Assembly (NCBI RefSeq): GCF_028641065.1
Contig: NC_073390.1
Location: 52,824,001-52,888,000 of the forward strand
Direction: 5' to 3'
Origin: Leucoraja erinacea
Lineage: Eukaryota
DNA: 64,000 bases
Both the position numbers and the translations under genes were made by a program. Under the pieces are notes generated by a model, which did no database searches, had not been told where the DNA came from, and was given only the letters and a program-made list of their open reading frames with translations. This document shows positions 25,923 to 39,209 of this stretch, one piece after another; position 1 is the stretch's first letter; the number at the start of each line of letters is the position of its first letter.

Positions 25923-26724
25923 CTCAATGAATTTTCATTAAGGGCTAACAAATCATTTATTGCAAGTGTATTGCAGACTCACAGTTCAGTTGATTCACAG
26001 CTTAGAATCACAGTTGTGGTCTCTCCCTCGCAATCTTCCAGAGTGACTGACACACGTCCAGGCATCTGGGGTTTTATAGTCCTGCCCCCCCTGTAGGCGG
26101 CGCTATCTTCATCATGGTGATTGACAGGCAAGAGGACTAATCAGCTGATCTCAAGCTTTTTTAAACACTCATAACTTTTTTATTTTTCATCGATCGAAAA
26201 AATTATCGGGGCTGCCTCAGCGGAGGAGGGCTGTGAGTAAGATGGCCAAAAATCATAGTGATATAGGGTAGTGCTTTTTCTAAAATCAATATACAGCGCA
26301 GAAAGGAAGTGGTCAAGATGAGACTTTTAGTTATATAGATGGAGAAAAGGTGGCAAGGTGAATTTTGGACTCGCAATAAAAAGTTTTTTTCCCTGTAGAA
26401 TTTTCAAAAATAAGGGTATATTTACTAATTTTGTTTATATTTGTCATAGTAAGCTAAAAATACTAAATGCAGGATATTACATTGTTTAATAGAGTATCAC
26501 TGCACATGTCAATAAGTAATTGCTTTCCAATTTCAATGGCTGTCTGCGGTGAAACTGACAACCTCTTCTTAAGAAGACAATGTTATCTGATTACTGTATG
26601 GAAACATTTTCTTTCTCCTTAGACAGTTTGTTTTTCGCAAGACAGCTTTTTTTTCTTCTGTATGTCAATTTCCAAAGTAACTTTTAAGTAATACAGGTAC
26701 TTTAATCCTGATCAAAATCAGGTT

Positions 26725-27098
26725 AACCATATAACCATATAACCATATAACAATTACAGCACGGAAACAGGCCATCTCGGCCCTACAAGTCCGTGCCGAA
26801 CTATTTTTTTTTTTTCCCCTTAGTCCCGCCTGCCTGCACTCATACCATAACCCTCCATTCCTTTCTCATCAATTGCCTATCCAATTTATTTTTAAATGAT
26901 ACCAATGAACCTGCCTCCACCACTTCCAATGGAAGCTCATTGTCTGAGTAAAGAAGTTCCCCCCTCATATATCCCTAAACTTCTGTCCCTTAATTCTGAA
27001 GTCATGTCCTCTTGTTTGAATCTTCCCTATTCTCAAAGGGAAAAGCTTGTCCACATCAACTCTGTCTATCCCTCTCATCATTTTAAAGACCTCTATCA
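26725..27098 (-). mobile_element. CR1 3' end, (ATATGGTT)n-tail subfamily
   Basis: aaccatataaccatataaccatata; matches 31052-31662 with internal deletions. Confidence 0.85.
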
Positions 27099-27764
27099 TT
27101 TGGCCCACAAAATGAAAATGTTGCCTAATTCATCAATTGCATTATATAGCCAATTTGTGGTATGGATATACTGTGCATTATATAGCAGGGCTATGTGTAC
27201 TTGCCTTGAATGCAATGCAGATGAGGTTCAATGGTAGATTACTGAGATGAAGAGGTTGATGAATAATGGGAAGTTGAGCAACTTGGATCCATAATCTTGG
27301 GAGTATCGAAGCATGAGATGTGCTGGCAAACATTTACCTACAAGGGAATCAAGGGTTAGATGTCATGATGTTGAACCAAAGATTGGATGAATTACAATCT
27401 TATTGAATGATGGAGCAGACTTTGTGGGCCAATTTTATTGTTTTTATGTTATTCACATTTTGAATCTTTATCGTAGGTTTTCCAGCACAACTATTTATAA
27501 AATTAGGATAACAAACAAGGTAGAAAGAATAACTATCTGGGTTAAGACATAACTATTGTATATGCAAAGCAGTAACAATAGAACACCTATATCCATGAGC
27601 AACTGTAAGCTTTGTGCCAGACCTCACGAGGCTTTTTCCATTGAAAGTAGTTTGTTCTCTCACATTCTTCAGATGAAGTTGCCTCAGGTTGATCATCTTT
27701 TCTTTTAATAGAAACTTGAGTGGCTTTAGAATCTGGGATTCAGAGTCAGGTCTCCCTGTTGGGC

Positions 27765-28445
27765 AACACAGTGGCACAGCTGGTCGAGCTGCTGCCTCAG
27801 AGAGCCTGACCTCGTGCTCTGTCTGTGTGCGGTTTCCACATTCTCCCTGTGACCACGTGGGTTTCCTCCGGGTGCTCCGGTTTCCTCCCACATCCCAAAG
27901 ATACGCAGGGTTGTAGATTGATTGGCTTCTGTTAACTGTCCCGAGTGTGTAGGGAGCAAATGCAAAAAGTGGAATAACACAGAACTACAGGTTCTAGAGG
28001 GTGGTGAATTTGTGGAATTCATTGCCACAGGTGGCGGTGGAGGCCAATTCATTGGGTATTTAAAAAAAGGAGATTGATAGGTTCTTGAAGGGCATCAAAG
28101 GTTATGGAGAGAAGGCAGGCGAATGGGGTTGTCAGGAGAGAATGCATCAGCCACGATCGAAGGGCGGAGCAGACTCGATGGGCCAAATGGCCTAATTCTG
28201 CTCCTATATCTTATGGTCTTATGAGTGATCGATGATCAGAGTTGTATTGTATTGTATTGTATTGTATTCAAATTTATTGTCGTTGTCTCAATTAGAGACA
28301 ACAAAATTAATTTCCCTTTACAGTCAGTATCATACAAATAAATAAATAATAAATATTAAAACATATTAAAAAAATAAAATAGAATTTAAAAAAAAATTTC
28401 AAGAGTGGGCCAAAGGCTCGGTTTCTATGCTGTATATTTCAATCA
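27765..28445 (+). mobile_element. HE1-like SINE split by a CR1 tail (about 27995-28223) and a minus-strand Rex1-type tail (about 28241-28395)
   Basis: SINE head near 27765; (ttgta)n followed by tttattgtc; SINE tail resumes gtgggccaaagg at about 28405. Confidence 0.7.
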
Positions 28446-28884
28446 ATTCAAACTGTGATTTGCTGTTGTGTTACACATCTTGCCCTGGAATGAAAATAAA
28501 GTGTCAACTAAATCCATGACCACCCATGTACCTCAGTATAATGAAAAATGCCTGATCTGACATTCTGTCATTGCTTCTGCTAACTTTATAACATAATGTA
28601 TTTCTTTAAAATTGATTGTGGGTGACATTTTATAGAGGCAATCAAGCATTTATTTCCCAGGATTTATTGTGGGTCTGAAAGGTCAACTAGTTAACAGCTC
28701 AATCAAACAACTTTACATTGCATTAGAACACAATAAATAATTTGTGTGATTATTTAACTGAGATGTAAGGCAGGTAATATTACAACGTAGCAACAAGGTT
28801 TAGGCAACTGTTTGAAGGATTTTCTTGAAACTTTGACACCATCTAATATTAATTTATGTAAATATTGGTGCCGGGTCCATTACA

Positions 28885-29110
28885 GACAACAGACAATAGA
28901 CAATAGGTGCAGGAGGAGGCCATTTGGCCCTTCGAGCCAGCACCGCCATTCAATGTGATCATGGCTGATCATCCCCAATCAGTACCCCGTTCCTGCCTTC
29001 TCCCCATATCCCCTGACTCCACGATTTTCAAGAGCCCTATCTAGCTCTCTCTTGAAAGCATCCAGAGAACCTGCTTCCACCACTCTCTGAGGCAGAGAAT
29101 TCCACAGACT
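28885..29110 (-). mobile_element. CR1 3' end, (CTATTGT)n-tail subfamily
   Basis: agacaatagacaataggtgcagg; ORF 28979..29188(-) ..WNSLPQRVVEA.. Confidence 0.88.
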
Positions 29111-29119
29111 ATTGTTTAT

Positions 29120-30300
29120 CATGTATATTAATAATGTGAGTGAGAATGTACTTGGCATGGTTAGCAAGCTTGTGGATGACACCAACATTGGTGGCAGAGT
29201 ATGGAGTGAAGAAAGCCGTCTAAGGTTACAACAGGTTCTAGAACAATTGCAATAGGACCATTGAATGGCAAATGGAATTTATCTCTGACAAAGTGCAAAG
29301 TGCTTCCATTTTGATAAGTTAAACCAGGGCAGGATTTACACAGTAAATGGCAAGTCTCTGGAGAATGTTGTAGAACAAAGAGATCCTGGGGTACAAGAAA
29401 ATAATTCGCTGAAAGTGGGGTCTTGGTCAAAACACTGAGTACAAGAGTCGGGATCACATTTTACAACGGTACAAGACGTCAGTGGGATCATACTGAGATC
29501 ATGTATGCAGTTGTGATCAGCCAGCTACAGACTGGAAAGTGCACAAGAAAGATTTACAAGAATGTTGCCAGGACTGGAGGGCTTGAGCTATCAGAAGTGG
29601 CTGGATAGGCTGTGTCTATCTGGATAGGCTGCATCTAGTCTTGATAAGACTAGGCTTGTATTCACTGGAGTTTAGAAGGGTGAGGGGGTGATCTTATAGA
29701 AACATATAAAATTATAAAAGGACTGGACAAGCTAGATGCAAGAAAAATGTTCCCAATGTTGGGCGAGTCCAGAACCAGGGGCCACAGTCTTAGAATAAAA
29801 GGCATGCCAATTAAGACTGAGATGAGAAACTTTTTCACCCAGAGAGTTGTGAATTTATGGAATTCCCTGCCACCGAGGGCAGTGGAGGCCAAGTCACTGG
29901 ATGGATTTAAGAGAGAGTTAGATAGAGCTCTAGGGGCTAGTGGAGTCAAGGGATATGGGGAGAAGGCAGGCACGGGTTATTGATAGGGGACGATCAGCCA
30001 TGATCATAATGAATGGCGGTACTGGCTCGAAGGGCCGAATGTCCTCCTCCTGCACCTATTTTCTATGTTTCTATGTTTCTATGTCTATATTCCCTGGAGT
30101 GTGGGAGGCAGACAGATGAGCTTATAGAGTTTATAAATTCACGAGGGACATTGATATTGTGAAGGGTCACAGTGTTTCTCCCAGGGTAGGGGAGAGGGGA
30201 AAAATGTAAAGAGGATTTCCTCACACAGAAGGTGGTAGGTAAATGGAACGAGCTGTTGGTGGAAGTGGCTGAGGCAAGTGCAATTACAACTAAAAGTCAT
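29120..30300 (+). mobile_element. Old CR1 RT fragment with a young CR1 nested at 29648-30083
   Basis: agcaagcttgtggatgacacc (degenerate KFADDT); ORF 29747..29983 is a CR1 C-terminus. Confidence 0.85.
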
Positions 30301-30341
30301 TTAGACAGAGACCAGAAATAGAAAGATCTAGAGAGAGGAAT

Positions 30342-30550
30342 GTAGAAACAAACAACTGCAGATGCTGATTTACACAAAAGGACACACAGTGCTGGAGTAA
30401 CTCAATGGGCTGTATCTCTGAAGAAAATGGATTGGTAACATTTCAGGGCAGGACCCTTCTTCAGTCTGAAGAAGAGTCCTGACCTGAAACATCATCTATC
30501 CATGTTCTCAAGAGATGCTGCCTGACCCGCTGAGTTATCCAGCACTACAT
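30342..30550. mobile_element. PLE-derived palindrome with back-to-back hammerhead cores
   Basis: Centre ggacccttcttcag-t-ctgaagaagagtcc at 30451-30479. Confidence 0.75.
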
Positions 30551-30675
30551 TTGTCAAGGTTTGGAGAGATACAGGCCAAACATAGGCAAGTGGTGATGGA
30601 CCAGCTCAGGAAGGCAACTTGGTCAGCATGGACGAGCTGAACCGAAGGACCTGCTTCCATGCAGCACAAGCCTAG

Positions 30676-31952
30676 TGGGCCTGGAATGGCGACTGTCAGA
30701 TTGGAACACACACACACACATCGCTTCCTTCACCAGCCAGTTATGCAGGCGGGGGACAAGGCAAGCGGGGGGAGCGCTGCCTGAGTGAAATTCACACAGT
30801 GCAAAGCCAGGGTGTTACTGGGGTGAAAAGGAAGGTTGGCGCTGTAATTAAGACGGCAAAGCACAGTGTACGGTAAGTCCTTTAAAAGAGGGTGGAGAGA
30901 GGGTGACAAGAGGTAGAAATGGGAAGAAGGAGAGATAAGGAGTGGGGACAACTTTTAAGAAGCCAGAGATACACGGCGGACATTAACATTACCGGTCGGT
31001 TATCCTTGGTTCTGAAAACCACTGCTTACGGTTTTTTTTCCCCCATGACCCGTTGAGTATAGAAGCTGGGATGTAAAGTTAAAATTGTACAAGGCATTGG
31101 TGAGACCAAATCTGGAGTATGGTGTACAATTTTGGTCGCCCAATTAAAGGAAGGATGTCAACAAAATAGAGAGAGTACAGAGGAGATTTACTAGCATGTT
31201 GCCTGGGTTTCAACAACTAAGTTACAGAGATAGGTTGAATAAGTTAGGTCTTTATTCTCTGGAGCGCAGAAGGTTAAGGGGGGACTTGATAGAGGTCTTT
31301 AAAATGATGAGAGGGGTAGACAGAGTTGATGTGGACAAGCTTTTCCCTTTGAGAATAGGGAAGATTCAAACAAGAGGACATGACTTCAGAATTAAGGGAC
31401 AGAAGTTTAGGGGTAATATGAGGGGGAACTTCTTTACTCAGAGAGTGGTAGCGGTGTGGAATGAGCTTCCAGTGGAAGTGGTGGAGGCAGGATCATTGGT
31501 ATCATTTAAAAATAAATTGGATAGGCATATGGATGAGAAGGGAATGGAGGGTTATGGTATGAGTGCAGGCAGGTGGGACTAAGGGGAAAAAAAGTTGTGT
31601 CGGCACGGACTTGTAGGGCCGAGATGGCCTGTTTCCGTGCTGTAATTGTTATATGGTTATATGAGACAATGGAATTCACTGGTCAGCACGGGATACAACC
31701 TACAAGAACCTACAAACTCCTGGCAACCCACTAGGACCTCCTGGAGACACACCTACGGCACGAGAATTCTCGCTACTCTCCATGGCGGCTTCATTCTAGT
31801 CGTTCTAGACTATAGTGAGGTTGCGACAAGTTCCCAGAATGCGGGAACTCCTCACGACCATGAAGGCGACTCCCCGGCAACTACCTGAGAACATGTGGTG
31901 ACCATGTGGCGACCCCATAGTCTCCTGCAGTCGCCTAAGTGGGACAGGCCCA
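30676..31952. mobile_element. TIR element (PIF/Harbinger-like) interrupted by a CR1
   Basis: Right TIR cagtcgcctaagtgggacaggccca; degenerate left TIR tgggcctg..ggcgactg; flanks tag/taa. Confidence 0.6.
31052..31662 (+). mobile_element. CR1 3' end, (ATATGGTT)n tail
   Basis: ORF 31196..31582 LSYRDRLNKLGLYSLERRRLRGDLIEVFK.. Confidence 0.92.
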
Positions 31953-32064
31953 TAAGACTCTTTACATCATTTGTTATTAATATGACAGAAGCAACAACTC
32001 AAATCATAATATAACTGGCAGAGGCTTCAGAATACAATTTTCAATTGTATTTAATTCCTCTCAT

Positions 32065-32333
32065 AATTACAGCTCCAGAGACATGGGCCAGATCCCGACT
32101 ACAGGCGCTGTCTGTACGGATTTAATACGTTGTCCCCCTGACCTGCGCGGGTTTTCTCTGAGGTCTAACGGTTTCTTCCCACGCTCCAAAGACGTACAGG
32201 TTAATTGGCTTAAATCTAAAAATTTCCCTAGCGTGTGTAGGGTAGTGTCAATGTGCAGGGACAGACTGGCCGGCACAGACCCAGTGGGTGGAACGGCCTG
32301 TTTCCACACTGTATCTGTAAACTAAACTAAACT
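32065..32333 (+). mobile_element. HE1-like SINE (5'-truncated)
   Basis: V-domain-like core; tail taaactaaactaaacta. Confidence 0.8.
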
Positions 32334-32816
32334 AATAGGTAAAGACAACAGAGACAGGCTGTTTGGAATAGATGGATGCATGACTGATTCTAAGTCGATG
32401 TATGTTTACACAACCCCTCAGATGGCAGTGTACTCATTGATGACAATTGGATTAGAAAAGAGTAAAATCAATTGGATTCCTGATTTTTATAATTATCCTA
32501 TTAGTGCAGAGTAGATACACAGGGTCAAGAATGGTTGTAGTTCCAACAACTGATAGTACAGCCATTTAGACAGGATTTTGAATGGTTGTTAACAAAATAA
32601 AACGGTGGAGTGGGAAGCGCTTGTTTGTGTAATATTGTTATTAATATAGTCTTGCATTTCTGCAGTTGTTCAATGATTTAATATCTGATTTCTTTTATTG
32701 GGGAAACAATATAGGTTTCAAGTGATGTTTTACCATATTCCACAATGTTTTGGACACCAGTGCAAGAAAATTTAGAGTAAATTGATATTAGGTCTACTTT
32801 AGTATTTGGACATTTA

Positions 32817-33112
32817 TTTTAGTTTAGAGATACAGCGTGGAAACAGGCCCTTCTGCCCACCAAGTCCACGCCGACCAGCGATCTCCGCACACTAACGCTG
32901 TCCTACACGTACTATGGACAATTTTTACCAAGCGAATTAACCTACAAACCTGCAAGTCTTTGAAGTGTGGGAGAAAACTCGAGCACCCAGACAAAGCGCA
33001 CACAGGTCACGGGGAGAACGCACAGACTCCGTACAGAGAACACCCATAGTCAGGATTGAACCCGGACCTCTGGCGCTGTAAGGCAGCAACTCTACTGTTG
33101 CGCCACTGTGCC
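32817..33112 (-). mobile_element. HE1-like V-SINE
   Basis: Complete reverse head, core and (gttta)n tail. Confidence 0.9.
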
Positions 33113-33371
33113 GGCATTTTTTGAATCTCTAAAATATGTTTTAAAATTATGCAACCTGCCAGATTTAATTCCATTCTGTATCTTTAGTGTTATTATTACA
33201 TAATCTTTAAAAAAACCCCACCAATTTTCGAGTTTTTTAAATAAATTCCCTTAAACACTAATTTCACCAAGGAGTTAATGAGCTAATCTCAAACATTCAG
33301 CCATCTTTTGACTACATCTTGAGCTGCCTTGGAGATTTAAACTAAAAGTTTCAAAGTTTTAGATTAGTTTA

Positions 33372-33692
33372 TTTAGTTTAGTGATACAGCATGGAAACAG
33401 GCCCTTCGGCCCACCGTGTCCACACTGACCATTGATCAACTGTTCAAACTATTCTACCTTAGACAATCTCGCATTCACTTCCAATGCACCAGAGGCATTT
33501 TCACAGAGCCCAATTAACCTACAAACCCGCACGTCTTTGGGATGCGAGAAGAAGCCGGAGCACCCGGAGGAAACCCGCGCGGTCATAGGGAGAACATGCA
33601 AACACTACACAGACAGCAAGCCGAGGTCAGGATCGAACCCGGGTCTCTGGCGCTGTGAGGCAGCTGCTCTACCAGCTGTGCCACTGTGCCAT
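33372..33692 (-). mobile_element. HE1-like V-SINE
   Basis: Reverse B box ggatcgaacccggg; reverse tail ggaaacaggcccttcggccc. Confidence 0.88.
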
Positions 33693-34562
33693 CCTAGACT
33701 TATGCAAGTTAGTAAATCTTTTCAAAATGTATATCTGTTTTAGGACAATGGTGTGCTATCCTGCAATCATAATCTTGGAATTATGCAGCAGTTAGACATT
33801 GTTGGATCAACATATTAAAGTATGTTGATCAGATTTTAAATTATTAGTAACTATTTCATTAAAATCTCCCACAGAGCAGCTGTAAGCCATTAGATCCATA
33901 GTTTATTTCTGTCTAATCTTAAAGTTCAGGAACTTTGGAAAAAATATGTTTATTGCAAATTTAAGCAAGTTAGATTTGAATGGCAAATTCTAGCCTGCCA
34001 TTAAAATGAACTGCTTTGAATGCTGTCATTTTATATTTTTTAGTTAAGTACTTGCTGCCACAGACACAATAAAATAAATGCTGATTGCTGTCGTTGTGGG
34101 GTTGTTTCCATGGAGACTAACACATTGTGATACAGGTTTAGCCTTGGATTTTTCTATTTATGTTAAGATGGGATGATACACAATTGGCAACGCACACCTA
34201 AAATCTAGCTAAGTTCTGCAGGGCTTTGTCTGTAAAATGAGAGCCACACTTTTCAGTAAATGTGGTTTGAGATTAATTACAGATTGAATGTATTTTACAT
34301 TTTCATTTTCATTTACATTCATTTTACAAGCAAAAAGGGGATAAGTGGGGTTGAGAGGGAAAGACAGACCAGCCATGATTGAATGGTGGAGTTGACTTGA
34401 TGGGCCGAATGGCCTAATTCGACTCCAATAACTTTTGAAAGAGGAAATGCAGTAAATTAAAACGTTTCAGTTTAAACAGATGATTTCTCAAATGGCATTT
34501 TGCTTCTTGAATCTCTTGACCGTGAAACAGGCGAAGCAACTAGATCCCGCTAATTAGTTTTC

Positions 34563-35195
34563 ATAGAAACATAGAAACATAGAAATTAGGTGCAGGAGTA
34601 GAGGCCATTCGGCCCTTCGAGCCTGCACCGCCATTCAATATGATCATGGCTGATCATGCAACTCAGTATCCCGTACCTGCCTTCTCTCCATACCCTCTGA
34701 TCCCCTTAGCCACAAGGGCCACATCTAACTCTCTCTTAAATATAGCCAATGAACTGGCCTTGACTACCCTCTGCGGCAGAGAGTTCCAGAGATTCACCAC
34801 TCTCTGGGTGAAAAAAGTTCTTCTCATCTCGGTTTTAAAGGATTTCCCCCTTATCCTTAAGCTGTGACCCCCTGTCCTGGACTTCCCCAACATCGGGAGC
34901 AATCTTCCTGCATCTAGCCTGTCCAACCCCTTAAGAATTTTGTAAGTTTCTATAAGATCCCCTCTCAATCTCCTAAATTCTAGAGAGTATAAACCAAGTC
35001 TATCCAGTCTTTCTTCATAAGACAGTCCTGACATCCCAGGAATCAGTCTGGTGAACCTTCTCTGCACTCCCTCTATGGCAATAATGTCCTTCCTCAGATT
35101 TGGAGACCAAAACTGTACGCAATACTCCAGGTGTGCTCTCACCAAGACCCTGTACAACTGCAGTAGAACCTCCCTGCTCCTATACTCAAATCCTT
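34563..35195 (-). mobile_element. Young CR1 3' end
   Basis: Open ORF 34663..35220(-) EYRSREVLLQLYRVLVRAHLEYCVQFWSP..GTGY; tail intact. Confidence 0.93.
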
Positions 35196-35299
35196 TTTCA
35201 TTCCACTTGTTTAATTTCACAATGATTGGGGCAACATATATTGTGTGTAACCCTTGGTCAGTAAGTCCCCTTTTCCAGCTTTCTTCTCTCCCACTTCAA

Positions 35300-35450
35300 A
35301 CAGTGTGAAGAAGGGTCTCGACCCAAAACAACAGCTATCCATCAACATCACCTATCCATGTTCTCCAGAGATGCTGCCTGTCCTGCTGAGTTACCCCAGC
35401 ACTTTGTGCCTTTTAGTATATTAATTAGCATTTGCAGATCCTTTGTTTCA
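35300..35450 (+). mobile_element. PLE-derived element (degenerate hammerhead core)
   Basis: gtgtgaagaagggtctcgacccaaaac..gagatgctgcc. Confidence 0.7.
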
Positions 35451-35622
35451 ACTTCTTCAGTGGTCATTCAGCTTTGGAGTCAGAGAGTTGGGAACTCAAG
35501 CCCATGGCCGTGAATTGTGCACATAATCTGGGCTGGCAACACAATGAGGGAGTTGCCATCATGTGTGAGAGTTCTTAACCTGCTCTGTTGATTGCATGTA
35601 ATGATTAGACAATCACTACGTA

Positions 35623-36135
35623 AGGGTCTGTCCCACTTACGCGACCTTGGCTCGCAAATTACGCGACCTCGTGGTCGCTTGAGGCGTACGGGCACCGTAT
35701 GGCAACGCGGGGCCGGTCCCACTTAGAAGCGCAGAGTTGTGCGAGGCTGGTCCCGACATCGTGCGGGGCTCCGAAATTCCTGCAGTGACTGAAATCTTCG
35801 CGCGCCAACGGCCTGTCGCCCCGCGTATGCACGCAGGCGCATTGTAGTCGTACGCAGCGTCTTGACGTCGTACACAGCATCTTGACGGCGTACGCCTAAC
35901 GCGTGGCATTGCGTGATGACATCACCGCCCGGCGTGGCGTTGCGTGATGACGTCACCGCCCGACACTGTGCGACGCCCAAATTCAGTCGGCCCGCCACCT
36001 GCCCAGCTGATTTGTAAGTATGACGTAAATGACGTCACGCGTGAATTTAGCGCGAAATTAGCGCGAACTTCGCGTGAACTCCGCATCCGGTTGGTCGCGC
36101 CAAACGCACGCAATCACGCAAGTGGGACAGGCCCT
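35623..36135. mobile_element. CpG-rich MITE (PIF/Harbinger-like)
   Basis: TIRs agggtctgtcccactt and aagtgggacaggccct; no coding capacity recognised. Confidence 0.75.
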
Positions 36136-36960
36136 CTAGCCAATGTCAACTATCAACATATCAGATTAATACATCACTGATGTACGTGAAACCTTACTGC
36201 CTATATACTGGTTGTTGAATGTTTCTATGTTAAAGCACAAGCATTTATAACTAACCAATTATAATATTGTGAAATACTTCGGAATGAGGCCATGAAAAAT
36301 GCTATGTAACTAATTCTCATGATTCCTTCCATTCGAATTGCAAGCGGAAACTAAATTGCCACTGGTTTTTGTTTTCTGGTTCGAAAAATAATTTGTGGAT
36401 TTTAGACAAAGAAGAAAAGGGATCCTCAGGTGCTCTAAACTTGACACTGCATGTGTTTTTGAAAGTTAACATCCAAAAATGAATAGATTGAGGTCAGGAT
36501 AGATGTTTAAACTAAGATTCTCAAATCTATAACCCAGTGTGCTATCATTACACACATTTTAGGCTACAAGGCAATATATAGATTGACCATGGGAACAGGC
36601 CCTTCAACTCATCAAGTCCACACCAACCAACAAGCTACCCATTAGCACAAATCCTACATCCCAATTGTGGCCAAACTTGATGTTTTTGTTTTGTTAGGGT
36701 TTTATTTACTGGGCTCATTGTTCTCAATATTTTGCAACTCCTGGTATTCCCGACTGCATTCCCAATGGAACCAGAGCTTGTACAGGTCCAACTTTGTAGC
36801 CTTGTAATTTGTAGCTCTTCTTCCGACTGCTATGGAGGAATATTGAGACATCAGCTGAGAAGAGTAGGCGGTATTCAGGAAAAGGTTTGTTCCCCACGTT
36901 TAACATGCTGCAATATGTATGTATGGGGTTTGAAGTCAATATTGAGGCCTTCCAGAGTTA

Positions 36961-37186
36961 TGTCCCTGTCCCACTTAGGAAACCTGAACGGAAACCTCTG
37001 GAGACTTTGCGCCCCACCCAAGATTTCCGTGCGGTTCCTGGAGGTTGCAGGTGGTTGCCGGAGGTTGCAGGTAGTGGAAGCAGGTAGGGAGACTAACAAA
37101 AACCTCCGGGAACTGCACGGAAACCTTGGGTGGGGCGCAAAGTCTCCAGAGGTTTCCGTACAGGTTTCCTAAGTGGGACGGGGGCT
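36961..37186. mobile_element. Palindromic MITE
   Basis: About 85-bp inverted arms starting tgtccctgtcccacttaggaaacctgaacgg. Confidence 0.85.
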
Positions 37187-37735
37187 TTGATTAATCTCCT
37201 CCACCCACGTACATACCAATAGGTTGCCACTACCTCTTGTACGTGTGTTCTGCTGGTGGGACAGAACAGACCTAGGGATTGCGATGAATGAGTCTGACGT
37301 TATCTGATTCTTCGAGTGCTACCAGGCCAATACTTGATTATCTCTAATTTGTACAGCAATCTCAGATGTCAGTGGGAAGGTGAATTTTAGGCAAATCTTG
37401 CCCTGACCAAATTTAGAGCTTCGGTCAATACAGGGTATTCAATTTGATTTGGACTTTTTCTGCTTTAACATTGTAGTTATGAGATAACTAAATGTTTTTT
37501 CTAAACCATTTTAGAGGGCATTTAAAAGGTGACTAGTTTTCACAGATCTAGAGTTACTGGTACTTAAAGCACAGGGTGGCAAATTTTCTTTCCTGAATGA
37601 TGTTTTTGCACCAAATGTTTTTTTTATAACATTGCATACTTTAAAAATGTAATGTTATTAATATAAAATGAATTTAAATTCCACAGCCACCACATTTTTC
37701 CCACCACGTTTTAAATCCTGGCCTCTGGGTTACTA

Positions 37736-37998
37736 GGTAGACAAAAATGCTGGAGAAACTCAACGGGTGCGGCAGCATCTATGGAGCGAAGGAAATTGGC
37801 AACGTTTCGGGTCGAAACCCTTCTTCCGAAAACCCTTCTCTGGGTTACTAATCTTGTTCTATTTTTTTGCTATTGTGCATTTTCACAATGCCTTTGGAAA
37901 AATATTTAATTCCTTTCTCGACCCGAAACGTTGCCTATTCCTTCTCACAATAGATGCTGCCTCACCTGCTGAGTTCCTCCAGCATTCACTTCTACCCT
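37736..37998. mobile_element. Two PLE-derived arms; first (37736-37837) has a 13-bp TSD
   Basis: TSD ctctgggttacta at 37723-37735 and 37838-37850; second arm at about 37915-37998 in opposite orientation. Confidence 0.75.
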
Positions 37999-38002
37999 TA
38001 AA

Positions 38003-38440
38003 TTATTTTTTTAAATTATTTTTAAAATATGTTTTATTAGAAGAAAGTACAATAATGCAGTACATAAGTACCTAATACATAATGAGATATTACAGTTCAT
38101 GTACAACTTCTTGTTTCAAATTTAACGGAATAGAACAGAAAATGAGACAAGCCAAGATAGAGAAGTATCATAAGCCGTGATGATAGTGTTAGATCGTCAG
38201 ATGGTAAAGGAAGCCCGAAGAAAAGGTAGAAGGGGATAAAAAGAAGAGAAAAAAAAGAGATAGAGAGAAAGAAATGAATTACAAATTCCTCTTCAATCTC
38301 TTTATTCACCCTTCACCCGAATCTGAAACGTTTAATTTCTAAGGTTATGTTGCACCATATGCTTGTGAAAAGTTGATAAAAGAATACCAAATCATTAAGA
38401 ATTGTTCTGCGTTCCTGAAATGAGGAGTCTCATTTCTACC
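38003..38440 (-). mobile_element. L1-clade LINE 3' end
   Basis: Minus strand encodes EMRLLISG../QFLMIWYSFINFSQAYGAT (L1 ORF2 C-terminus-like), then a pyrimidine-rich UTR and ttctaataaaa. Confidence 0.6.
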
Positions 38441-39209
38441 TTTAATTTCTTTAAAACATTTGTGCCATATACTCAAATAAAATCCATTTTATAAATCTGG
38501 ACCAACAAAATCACCTCCAGTATTTCCATCAGAATTCAACGGCATTTGTTCTCAATCTGAATTCAACGTGTCATGTTAGTTTTTGACCTGTAAATGTGCA
38601 GAATCCACTTTAAAACTGTACCATAATATAATTCCCAGCCCTTTCTTTGGCATATGCAACCAAGACATTCAGTCAGAATGCCCTGGTAACTGAAGCTCGT
38701 ATGTCAATTAGTCTTGCAATATAATTACTCTGCAATCCTTTTGTTAAATTATAATACCTCTCTTTGTTTTGCCAAAATAATCACTTGGTGATTATGGATC
38801 AAGGATTATTTCTTCATGTTAAAAGTAAATAATTGGGGAAATGAAGCTTTGAAACACTTGTTCGCTGGCTTCATCCTCATAATAGCAAAGGGCATCAATC
38901 AATGAACAACATTTCATTATCAAAAGTTCTTATGCACAATATTTGACTTTTAAATATATACAACTTGAAATAAATACCAAACATTGGCTTATAAACGCTT
39001 GAAATTAAGTACACATCCTGGTGTTCCTTAAACAGCTTATCCATGCATAGCTTGTTTGAAACAGTGTGTACAATGGCAAAATATATAGTAAATACACTTT
39101 TAGGAATGCACTTAAAATGTCCTTTGTTGATAAAATTTCCATCCAAGTTTTACCTGATAATATAATGATTGGAAAAGAACGATGAATGTTTGCATTACAA
39201 TCATGAATT

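Larger units (their letters stand above)
24990..26339 (-). mobile_element. Non-autonomous Helitron-like element with internal minisatellites
   Basis: Minus strand begins A|TCTATATAACTAAAAG, as in animal Helitron 5' ends; no TIR or TSD seen; internal tandem arrays; 3' CTRR end not clearly seen. Confidence 0.55.

Noticed and set aside
25491-26096. 201-aa His/Phe-rich ORF
   Set aside because: Translation of a tandem array inside the Helitron-like element
32415-32428. CTCF-like ccctcagatggcag
   Set aside because: Two mismatches in the 5' core
36724-36960. Coding-looking unique segment with ORFs on both strands
   Set aside because: No recognisable homology or splice sites; a MITE sits immediately beside it
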